Shown here: positions 53,704 through 64,000 of the stretch, piece after piece
How positions within the stretch are numbered: position 1 is the first letter of the stretch
How the letters are laid out: each line of letters begins with the position of its first letter
The notes under the pieces: model-generated
The model's database searches: none
The model's input: the letters and a program-made list of their open reading frames with translations, nothing else
What the model was told of the DNA's origin: nothing
Made by a program: the position numbers and the translations under genes
NCBI GenBank assembly: GCA_030264375.1
Contig: JASCQW010000105.1
Span: 39,311,751 to 39,375,750 of the forward strand
Source: Carcharhinus longimanus
Lineage: Eukaryota
DNA: 64,000 nucleotides
Direction: 5' to 3'

Positions 53704-56475
53704 TGTTGTACCCAGATAAAAATGTGACGGCATCTCTTGAAAGCCATTGCATAAGCACAAAAATCTACACAAGCTAGCACAATCCCTGCAAACGCTGAAG
53801 ATGGATGGCTGAATTGAGGGCAGTGCTGCTTTCTGGTGTGCTGACTATGAACAGAAGGTTATTGCTGTACTCAAACATTGGAAAACTAGACAGAAACTCT
53901 GCATCTCTCTGTGGTGTGGGCAAGATTACCCAGATCAATGCTAAGTACATGGCTATCAAGGACGCATTCCTAGGCATCACATAAACCCCATATTGTAACT
54001 GACGATGATAGTAAAAACGCAAGAAACTTTCTGAAAAGTAAGCAAACACCCCAGGGTCTCTTCTAGGCCAGTATATCAATTTCTGTGAGAGACTGAGTGA
54101 AGCATTGCAGTCAGGAGACAGCAGCTAGAATGGCTATGAAAAAGCTGTCTGTCAACAACTTGAATGAACGTGGACTAATAGACCTAGTTGGTATGCAGAC
54201 TATGAAGGATGGAAGTTATTGTTTCATACTGCATTACATAGAATACCTGATCATGTTCCACATCAATCATCTTCTGAAATCCAAGGCAACAGCTGAGGTT
54301 GCCCGAGCTGCATCTCACATTTCTAGACACTACACCTCCATGTATTCTTCAGTCAGACAACAGAAGGAAGTTCACAGCACAGGTCGTTCAGGAGAGGTAA
54401 TAAGCCGTGGATAACGAAGGAGGTGAAGGAAAGTGTTAAATTAAAAGNNNNNNNNNNNNNNNNNNNNNNNNNNNNNNNNNNNNNNNNNNNNNNNNNNNNN
54501 NNNNNNNNNNNNNNNNNNNNNNNNNNNNNNNNNNNNNNNNNNNNNNNTTATTGAATGGCGGGGCAGGCTCGAAGGGCTAGGTGGCCTACTCCTGCTCCTA
54601 TTTCTTATGTTCTTATGTTTTTATAAACTAGCAATGCTCTGGGAAGAATGGGCATCCCAGACAACCTCAGTTAAGGCTCAGTGGTGATGTGAAGCTGAAA
54701 CTAATGGTCTGGCTCTGTCCAATGGAGCTATGGTGTTCATTTTGTTCAGTGGGCAATGAACAGCAGTTACCACAAGGCTATAAAGATGATTCTTTGCCAA
54801 GCACTCTATGGAAACAAACCAAGGTGCAGCCTCATAAATTTTGCAAGATGACTTCTACAGAATCTCCACAGCCAACGATCTGGAAAGACTTCTAAATGAG
54901 TATCTGGAAAATCCTGACCCTGAGCTGACCCCTGAACCATCCTCCTGGAACAATTCTGAGCCGGCCTCAGAACCATCCACCACGACTCATAAAAAGTCAG
55001 CATCTGGGCCATCCAACATGGACGATTTTGAGTGAATCCCAGAACCATCACCATAGGTGACCTTAATTTGGCCCCTGGGCCACCGAACGTGGTCAGTGCT
55101 GAGGAAGTCTCCAGTCCCAGTGTCATCATTTGACCACAGTCAAGGTGACCCACCAAATATTATAGATGTGGTGCTGGCATCAGATGGGACTAGTTACACA
55201 CTGGAACAGCTAAAAGACAAACAGTCAGAATTTTACAGCACAGCAGAAGGACTTTGTGCCCATCATGTCCACACCAGCCAAACACCTAAGTACTCTAATC
55301 TCATTTTCCAGCTCTAGTATTTCAAGGGCTCATTTAAATGCTTCTTGAATGTTGTAAGGGCCCTCCCCTACCATCATCATCCTTTCAGGTAGTGAATCCA
55401 AATTTCCACCACCCTCTGGGTGAAAAAAGTTTTTCCTCAAACCCCCTTTATATCTCAAGCACTTCACCTTAAATCTATGCCCCCNNNNNNNNNNNNNNNN
55501 NNNNNNNNNNNNNNNNNNNNNNNNNNNNNNNNNNNNNNNNNNNNNNNNNNNNNNNNNNNNNNNNNNNNNNNNNNNNNNNNNNNNNNNNNNNNNNNNNNNN
55601 NNNNNNNNNNNNNNNNNNNNNNNNNNNNNNNNNNNNNNNNNNNNNNNNNNNNNNNNNNNNNNNNNNNNNNNNNNNNNNNNNNNNNNNNNNNNNNNNNNNN
55701 NNNNNNNNNNNNNNNNNNNNNNNNNNNNNNNNNNNNNNNNNNNNNNNNNNNNNNNNNNNNNNNNNNNNNNNNNNNNNNNNNNNNNNNNNNNNNNNNNNNN
55801 NNNNNNNNNNNNNNNNNNNNNNNNNNNNNNNNNNNNNNNNNNNNNNNNNNNNNNNNNNNNNNNNNNNNNNNNNNNNNNNNTTGCTTTTCCACTCATCTTC
55901 GTGTCATCAGCAAATTTCATTACCCTACACTCAGCCCCCTCCTCCAGATCATCTATGAGACTGCAAGAGTAACTGTTGTCAAGACAATGTTGCTTCTTGA
56001 AAGCAGGTCTCTGCTGCAACAGTACCTGTCTCAGCCACAAATGTTGTGTGGACAGTACTGAAATGCTACATATGCATAAACTGCATTCATGCTGTTTTTA
56101 TAAACATGGTAAATTAGCTATCTGAATGTTTTAGGTTTGATCTTGAATGCAATATAACAGAACACAAACCAATGAATTTGAAATGTTTAGTTGTCTCAAT
56201 GAATGTGCAATTGAATAAAAATACATTATGCATGAAGGTTTATTTGCTCTTGCTATATTGTAAGCATTGATGAATATAAGCTCCATCTAAATGGCTCAGA
56301 TATAATACTGGATGAAAGGGACAATAAACAGAATTATTATACATTTGTGAATGAAATTTTGTGTTCACAAAAGTTGGTCATTTCATGAACTGGGTGGTCA
56401 AAATGCCAGTTTCATGAACTGGCCAGATCGTTTGCCATTTCATGACATGGGCAGTTTTACAAATTGGGTGGAACA
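53704..56475 (+). mobile_element. Decayed Ginger/GIN-type integrase transposon (KRBA2/SCAND3-like integrase), interrupted by CR1 pieces and gaps
   Basis: ERGLIDLVGMQTMKDGSYCFILHYIEYL..LKSKATAEVA, then frameshifted PPCILQSDNRRKFTAQV; subterminal repeats ttcatgaactgg near 56380-56450; ends uncertain. Confidence 0.68.
55325..55960 (-). mobile_element. CR1 LINE 3' fragment (mostly gap)
   Basis: IDDLEEG..MKFADDTKMSG and GHRFKV..RKNFF. Confidence 0.85.
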
Positions 56476-58369
56476 TATACATCAAGAATTCAAACTGCAA
56501 CCAAAGCAAAATAAAACTTAGTGAATTTAAAATGCCAGAGTTTTCCAACATGACAAGTCATGCAACTTGACCCATGATAGGCTTTTCAAAATATATGAGA
56601 TTATATTCAAACTTCTTTACCTTGCACCTCTAAATACTACAGAGGGAGACAAAATTATTTGAGAAACGCAGGTAGTCAGATAAATGCACCCAATTCACTG
56701 TTCCTTAGTATCAATGTAAAGTGCAGATTCCAATGTGGTGTGACTCAGTCAAGATCTTGGGGTGGAATGCCAATGAACACTCTGCTCTCATCACAAAAGA
56801 TTTAGGAAGAGGTCAGTAGGTTTATGGAGACAGATTACCAGCCCAGCTCTCCACTAGCATACAGTGCATAAGACAAACAATAAAACAAATATAAATACAA
56901 TTGCACAGATGTTGCCCATTCCCCTGAATGACGTGGACTTTCAGCAGAGTTGATGGATAATAACATGCTCAGGACACTGCTGAGTTAACAAACTTTCTTC
57001 TTTGGATTCAGGCACTAAATCTATAGTAAGCAATTNNNAACTTCTTCTGTATAAGGAGTTACATAAACGTAGGCTGCTCTTCACATCCTCCTTCTCTAAA
57101 GAAAATAACTGCCTCCCCTTCCTTTCCAAACATTTACCCATCATATTGTCCCCCTTGATCCTTACAGCTTGTGTTTTAAGATCTGATCCTGTCCATCTAC
57201 ATGCATCCTGTCACAAAATATCACTATCTTACCTCCTAGCTTGCCAATATCCACGTCTGCCACTAACATAGTCTTTTGCCAATTTAGGCAGGGAAAATTT
57301 CCAACTCTGCAATATTGCCTTCTAAATTTTCCTCCTTGTAACCATCACCTCCAGGAGCAACTTGCTGCTGCTGAGTCCTCAAAATGTCCAGCTCCTTTGA
57401 TCCGAAAAATGTTATTTGGCAAGAGAATCATTGAAGTTGTCTCATGCCCAAAAGATTATTTGACGGAGGGGGAAAAAACTCCAGTCACTTTATAGTCAAA
57501 GCTGATTATAACATGTCATATTGTCATGAAAATTGAATGGGAAATTATTAACACAAGAAGCTGACAAACTGCGATCAAAAGTAAAAAAAAAAGAATTTAA
57601 GGTTGTTCAGAAAAGCAGCGTGACCCAAATAAACTTTTAAATATCCCTCATGGTTCACACATTGACTTCAAGAGCAAGTCCAGTATTCATATAAAGTAGG
57701 TACAATACCCATGTGATTTTGGGATTTGTATGTTTTGGGAGGGGAAATGACAGAAAGGATTGGTAATGACAGACTGGGGGCTGGCGGGGAAAGAGTAGAG
57801 ACAGATATCGTGAAAGGCAAGGGACAGAGTAGGCAGGGGAGAGAATGGGGGATATTCAATGAGCTCAGGCCTCAGTTCTCTGTAGAGGAGAAGAAGGGGA
57901 TATGTGGATAGGAGTATCACATTCAGGTACCCCTCCAAAGATACACAACACCTGATTTGGAAACGTATTGCTGTTCTTCATCTAATTTTCCAGATGAAAA
58001 TCACTACCTAATAACACCATGTATCTACACTACATGGAATGGAGACAGTTCCCACCATCTGTTCGAAGACACAGACAAGGGGAATAAATGCTCTTTTCCC
58101 ATGAAGAAAAAAATAAGTTCAGAGGTGGATGAGAGAGAAAAACAGTGGAGAAAGAACAAATAGTAACATCTAGAGGGAGCAATGATATATGGGAAAGGCT
58201 GCAGCAGCACCAAGCCAGCATCACTTCCCCTCATTAAGAGGAATATAAAGACAAAAGAAGTGTGCTTTTCCTTCATTTATTGGGATGTTATAATAGGTCA
58301 AGACGAATTTCTTTCAGTCAGAGAAGATAACTTGGGATTCCTGCTGCACTCCCAAAATGAGCATGTGCT

Positions 58370-58920
58370 TTGAATCAGCATTGTTACAGCACAGGAGGGC
58401 ACTAACTTTCTAATGAGCAATTCACTTTGTGTCCTTCCACCTTCTCCTCATAATCCTGCACATTCTTCCTTTCAAAAGGAAAGTCTGATTCCCTTTTGAA
58501 TGCTTCAACCGGTTCTGCCTCCTCCACACTCAGGCAATGTATTCCAGATCTTAACGACCTGCCATGTGAAAAGTTTTTCATTTTGCTTCTTTTACCAATT
58601 ACTCTAAATCCGTGCCTTCTCTTTCTTAATTTTTTCATGAGTGAGAACAGTTTCTTCCAATTTACTGTCATTCCCCTTATGATTTTGAATACCTCTATTA
58701 AACCTCTCAATCTTTATTTTTCCAAGGAAAACAGTTCTAATTTCTCCAAACTATCTTCATATCTGGAATCATGCTCATGAATCTATTCTCCACTCTCTCC
58801 AGTGCCTTCACATCCTTCCTAAAATGCAGTGCCCAGAACTGGACACAATATTCTAGCTGCGGCCAAACTTATGGCTGAACTCATGTCCCGTACAAGCTCA
58901 ATTACCTCCTTGCTTCCCTT
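58370..58920 (-). mobile_element. CR1 LINE 3' fragment
   Basis: RGLIEVFKIIRG..RHGFRVIGKR. Confidence 0.85.
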
Positions 58921-59376
58921 AGATTATCCTTCTGCCTCAAATCCTACTTATTATAACTGCAGTCCAGCATCATTCCCACAATGCATTGTTTTTGTGTCAA
59001 ATACATTTCTGAAAATAAATTCCAGGAACATCTGACCTACACACTATTGCTCCCTTCAAATATATAAAATACTTCGACACTCCAATTGGCCTCAACGCAG
59101 CATACAAATTATAAGATCATGGAAACACTCAACTGGTTAGATATCGGTGAAAAATAAAGGCAGAGCTAACATTGTAATTCAAAGTCCTTGCAATGGAACT
59201 AGCATTTACCGTTCTTAATTCAAACTTTTGTTTTGAGGGGGTGGCTTTGATGCAAGGGCACTTTTCAGAAATGGATTTATTGTGTATAACGTTTCAATTA
59301 GACATGTATTGGTGATACAAAAAAATTCTCTGCCTATGAATAGACAAATGTGAAATACTCAAGGTTAAATGCTTAC

Positions 59377-59472
59377 CTGATTCTGTGGGAGAGGAGGCTG
59401 GGACTGTCCATCAGGCGCCTGGCCCTGGTTGTCATTCCCTCCTACAGGAGAGCCACGGGTCGTGGCTGTCAT
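59377..59472 (-). CDS. USP9X: USP9X first coding exon (exon 2), [32 protein letters not shown]
   Basis: Recognisable USP9X N-terminus; ATG at 59472-59470; 96 nt; donor CAG|gtaagc. Confidence 0.97.
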
Positions 59473-59508
59473 ACTCGACACAGGACAGATCTTTGCAATT
59501 TTGTCTGG

Positions 59509-59622
59509 CTATGTGGTTGTTGAAAGAGAAAAATAAACTGCCTCCTCAATGAAAATGAGAAACCAATTTAGATCTGTACATAAAAGCACCACCTCGAGCC
59601 CAGGTTGTTTTGCAGAGACCAT
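59509..59622 (-). promoter_or_regulatory. uORF1, 37 aa (MVSAKQPGLEVVLLCTDLNWFLIFIEEAVYFSLSTTT*), in frame with the main ATG
   Basis: gcaATGg context; TAG at 59511-59509; then 12 sense codons to the main ATG. Confidence 0.65.
59546..59581 (-). promoter_or_regulatory. uORF2, 11 aa (MYRSKLVSHFH*), nested out of frame in uORF1
   Basis: tttATGt weak context; TGA at 59548-59546. Confidence 0.45.
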
Positions 59623-62247
59623 TGCACAGCCTGAAACAAAGCAAATAAATTAATTTGTAGAATTCATTAAGTTCCAACACTGAAAAATATTGTACATATT
59701 TTGAAATAGATGTCAACCATCAATAACAGAACTTAACCAATAATTTGGATCTTTGGTGCTTTTCACAGGTATATTCATACACAAAAGCTAAAAATCAACT
59801 AGTGAAGAGGTAGAGACCATCAGTACTACTGTCACATTATGGCAATCCAACAAAACTGCTAATAAATACGCATTAACAACTACGCCAATGATTAAGAATG
59901 ATTGAGTGTCACTGGAAAAAAATGTACCATTCTCCCTGAAAATATATGGGAAGTGCCTACAATATAAGGTTCTGATAAAGATTAATCTTAAAGATATCAA
60001 CATTTAAATGGTTTGGAGCTAACAATGTCAACATGTGGATGGTACTAAGATACAAAAACCATAACCCCAAATTTGGTGTTAAGTTAGCCAAGATCAGCAG
60101 GTACAATAGTAGGGACACATTAATTTCAATGACCCAGGTAACCTATTCCTGATTAGTGTCAACTAACCCTAGTATCAAGTGAGAACATTAATAGGCTTGG
60201 CTTTCACAGTCTGTGCCCTCACCTCAAGCACGTAGTCAAGGGTTATTTCTCAAAAATGGTAGCTTGAACAGGGCTATTGAGAACAGCCCCAAGAAATAAG
60301 GGGACCTGCATCGTCACTCTGAAGACAACAGCAAGCCACCAATGATTTTACAAAACTAAGTAAAATCTCAGGATGATCAGACAAGCCAAGGACCTGTCTT
60401 CAGGCAGAGTACAAACTATTTTATTTCATATTTTAACTTCATTCTACAAGGTCATGCTTGACATGACCACAAATGATCATTCTTGACCTCGTAATCCAGT
60501 ATAATTAAATATAACTAGGAGAAATTGTTTAAGTTCTATCTCCAAAACATAGATGCATTGGACACCAAAGAATGTTTAAAGCATATGTCTCCTCACCAAA
60601 GAAATCCTGCTGGAAACCTTTCAATGCTGACCAACTGATAGGAAGATTAGTGGCAAGATTCTGGAAATGTGCACCAGTTTGCACATCTTAGTACACTCCT
60701 CTCAATGAAGGCAGTCATAGACAACAAAATTCACCATAGCCTCTAATGTGCCCATAGCTTTCAGCCAATTGAGAGTATATGAGAACCAGGATCTCAAACT
60801 TGACATACAGATCTATTTATCAGGCAGAATGAACCCTATGCTCACATATGCTTCCAAGGCTTGGACAAACTATAATAGACATTTCAAAGCATGGGGAAGT
60901 GCCACCAGTGATGCCTTTGCAAGAACCAAATAAATAAGTGAATTAGGCTCCTTGAGCCTATCTCCACCAGTCAAAAAGATCATGGCTGACGTAATGCAGC
61001 TTAAACCCCACTTTCCTGTCTGTCACCCATAACTTTAAACTCGCTTGTTCATATGTGTTTATACTTCTATAAATCTATCAGATTACTGCCTAAATCACTC
61101 AAACTGAGTGTCCAACTGCTTTTACAAGTCAAGGCAAATTTTGTGAATGTACAATTTAACTAGTGGGTCAAAATGTGATGAAAGATTTTCAGGGAAAACA
61201 AGTAATAAACTAAGTAACAGGAAGGAAAAACTGGTTACAGCAGTGGCTAAAATGGTAAACCAGGGCAGAGTTTAAAAAAAACTGCAATTACTTTAGTCAT
61301 TAACACTTCAATTTGACCACCAGATAGACAAGGAAATAATCAGCCATCAGCATCTAGTGAGTCAGGAATAATTAAAACCAACTAATAGTCCATGAACTTC
61401 ATGACGTATCAAAATATAGAATCATATATAATTACAAGCAATTGTGAGGTAAGGGCTTACACAATAGCTGTTAAACTAATTCAGCTTTCCTTACATCATT
61501 TAGGACATTACACAAGTGCAGGACCAGTTTATATAAAAACGGCTCCCTTTGTATAATAACATGCAGTTGTCTATCCAAACTCATCTGAACTGTTAGTTCA
61601 AGGGGTCCATGCATTTGCTGGTTTAGGATTATTCGCCCTTTGTTCCAGCTAACTCCTACCAAATAGATTAAAAATTGTTGTATTTAGACAACTCGATACC
61701 TCAATGTTACAACAAAACGTTACTGTAACAGGAGCAACTGTTGGTGGATTTATTTTGTGAGTGATGAGTTGGAGAAATGGCACTGAGTGGGAAGGGGAAT
61801 GGCATCTAGGGGAGGGAGGCAATGAAGGGGAGTAATGGGCATTGAGATGACACAGGACAGATGGAACATGCAATATGGATGGCATAGAAAGGGGTGGGAT
61901 GGAGAGATATGAAAGAGATGGAAGAAGTGTGATGGTATGGCATAAGGCGGTTGGCAAGGGAAGACTCAAATGTCATCAAGTGTGCGTAAGAACAAGGAGC
62001 AAGAATAGGCAATTCAGCCCCTCAGCCTGCTCCACTATACAATATAATCATGGCTGATCTTGTCTTGGCCTCAACTCCACTCCCCTTCAACCCATTGCTA
62101 ATTAAAAATTAATTTCCTCTAATTTACTCAATGTCCTAGCATTCATTGCACTCGGGTAGTGAATTACACAGCTTCACAACTCAGAAGTAGTTTCTCCTCA
62201 TCTGTTTTAAACCTGCTATCCCTTACCCTAAAACTATGGCCTCAGTG

Positions 62248-62538
62248 TCACACAGATTTACAGCATGGAAACAGACACTTCAGCCCAACTTGTCTATGCC
62301 GCCCTTTTTTTAATCCCCCTAAACTAATCCCAATTACCTGTATTTGGCCCATACCCCACATACCCATCATACCCATGTAAATATCTAAGTGCTTTTTAAA
62401 AGATAAAATTGTACCTGCCTCTACCACCACCTCTGGCAGCTTGTTCCAGATACTCACCACGCTGTGTGAAAAAATTGCCCCTTTGGACACTTTTGTATCT
62501 CTCCCCTCTCACCTTAAACCTATGCCCTCTAGTTTTAG
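62248..62538 (-). mobile_element. CR1 LINE 3' end, same subfamily as 7790-8330
   Basis: FSHSVVSIWNKLPEVVVEAGTI. Confidence 0.88.
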
Positions 62539-62639
62539 NNNNNNNNNNNNNNNNNNNNNNNNNNNNNNNNNNNNNNNNNNNNNNNNNNNNNNNNNNNNNN
62601 NNNNNNNNNNNNNNNNNNNNNNNNNNNNNNNNNNNNNNA

Positions 62640-62990
62640 TCACATGCCCCTCCATCACAGTCTCTTAGTGATTTCTAAACACAGTTAAGAATTTAAACTT
62701 ACCTCGCCCTTTTCTGCCAAGCCCTGTTATCCAAAGCCCTTACTGCTCACTCTGCTTCTCTCTCACTCCGCTGCCTGCTCCCGACGCTGCCCTCTGTCTA
62801 CAGCAATTCTCCTTTTAAACTTTGCGCAGTAAAAAAAATCCCTTCCCACAAAGCCCTGCAGCCCACTTCCTGTCTAATTTTTAAAGCAGAAAAACCGTTA
62901 CAAAGCCAGCAAAAATCTTTACAAAGGTAATCGCTTACCTTTACTCCGTGCAACCTTCACTCCACTTGCTCCAGCGAACAATTCATTTTT
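62640..62990 (-). mobile_element. Probable CR1 5' UTR / internal promoter region
   Basis: GC-richer segment adjoining the gap next to a same-orientation CR1 3' end; CAGGAAGTG and TTTAAAAG motifs; two consensus splice donors. Confidence 0.5.
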
Positions 62991-64000
62991 CAAGATTCAT
63001 TTTTTAAAAAAGGGAATGTGTTAAGAATTGGGCAAAATTAAGATTAAAAATACAAGTAAAAACAGAAATTGATTTGAGGCAGACAGCTGGAGATGTGATG
63101 AGATGCAGATTAGCCTATGTGTTATGAGAGCAACAAAGGACAGAGAGCATTGTCAACAGATCTCCCCATGTGTTTCATGGAGTACGAACTTGAGCAGCGG
63201 GAGGTTAAATCTGTTGCTCTAACCTGGACTGTTGTGGTCTCCAGGTGCAGACTCACTCACTGTAAGCCACAGGTGCGGCTTTTCCTTTGGTTTCCAATAA
63301 AGAGTGTTTGGTGACAAAGAACTGGTCTTGGTTGAATTATTACATAACGGTAAACAAATATTTTACATATGTGGCAATATACCTCTATAGAATCATAGAG
63401 GTTTACAGCAAGTTGAGGAAATGCCTGTGTAATGCTTTGGCACTGCCCTGGTAGTGTTAATCTGACACTGTCAGATTGGCATTACCAAAGGGAGGGCATG
63501 GGAGTGGGGGTTCATGGGCGAGGGGGGGGTCCTTAAGGGAGGGGGTCAGGGATGAATGTTGAAAGTTTGGATCTTTGGCGGTTTCATTGTGGGGTGTTGT
63601 TCACTTGAAGTGGCAGAGGAGGCTGTAATACCAGTGGCAGATGCAGGGAGGGGTGCAGAAGCCAATGATTGAGACAGTGGGTCTTAGCCCATGAGTAGGA
63701 GGCCATTGGGAGGGGGGAGGGCAATGTAGGGTTGGCTGCAGATCCGGGTGCCAGTGTCTGTAGTTCCACATTCCAAAAAGAAATTCTAAGGGCGCAATCC
63801 TATCACCTCTCCCTGCCTGTCAGTTAATCAGCGTGACAAGTTGGTTAATTGCGTACATTGCCAAAAATCAGGTTTGTGCCCAGCGCCAAATAGTTCGTGA
63901 TCTTCCCAGCCCCTTTTTTTTATGGCAAGAACCGCTTTGCACCCACTTATTAACATAAATTTGAATGGATTTCATTTGAATCATTAGCGGGCTTGGCATG

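Larger units (their letters stand above)
59473..59630 (-). other. USP9X: 5' UTR part of USP9X exon 2 (158 nt)
   Basis: Acceptor tttgctttgtttcag| with AG at 59632-59631, followed by unique non-repeat sequence up to the ATG. Confidence 0.8.

Noticed and set aside
55330-56061. Longest ORFs in the track (236, 213 and 142 aa)
   Set aside because: They are open only because of N runs; the flanks are CR1 RT fragments.

Overview
This is vertebrate genomic DNA, very probably from a shark or other elasmobranch given the HE1-like SINEs, CR1/L2 LINEs and Penelope-type repeats, with about 15 scaffold gaps. The whole window lies inside one minus-strand gene, USP9X (usp9, FAF deubiquitinase). I traced 15 consecutive coding exons from the ATG at 59472 down to 5439: 2328 nt, 776 codons, all GT-AG and all in phase. 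Exon numbers assume a non-coding exon 1 that I could not identify and that probably lies beyond the right edge; the catalytic domain lies beyond the left edge. The introns are filled with decayed transposons: CR1/L2 and Rex1 LINEs, several SINE families, pogo/Tigger, a Ginger-type integrase and a Gypsy protease fragment. The most interesting signals are (i) a family of short Penelope-type fold-back insertions carrying minimal type-I hammerhead ribozyme motifs, some with intact cores and one on the pre-mRNA strand; (ii) a 37-codon uORF in frame with the USP9X ATG and separated from it by a single TAG; (iii) two local templated-copy events; and (iv) a promoter-like repeat with consensus splice donors upstream of the first coding exon. 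Repeat family names come from motif recognition only and repeat boundaries are approximate.
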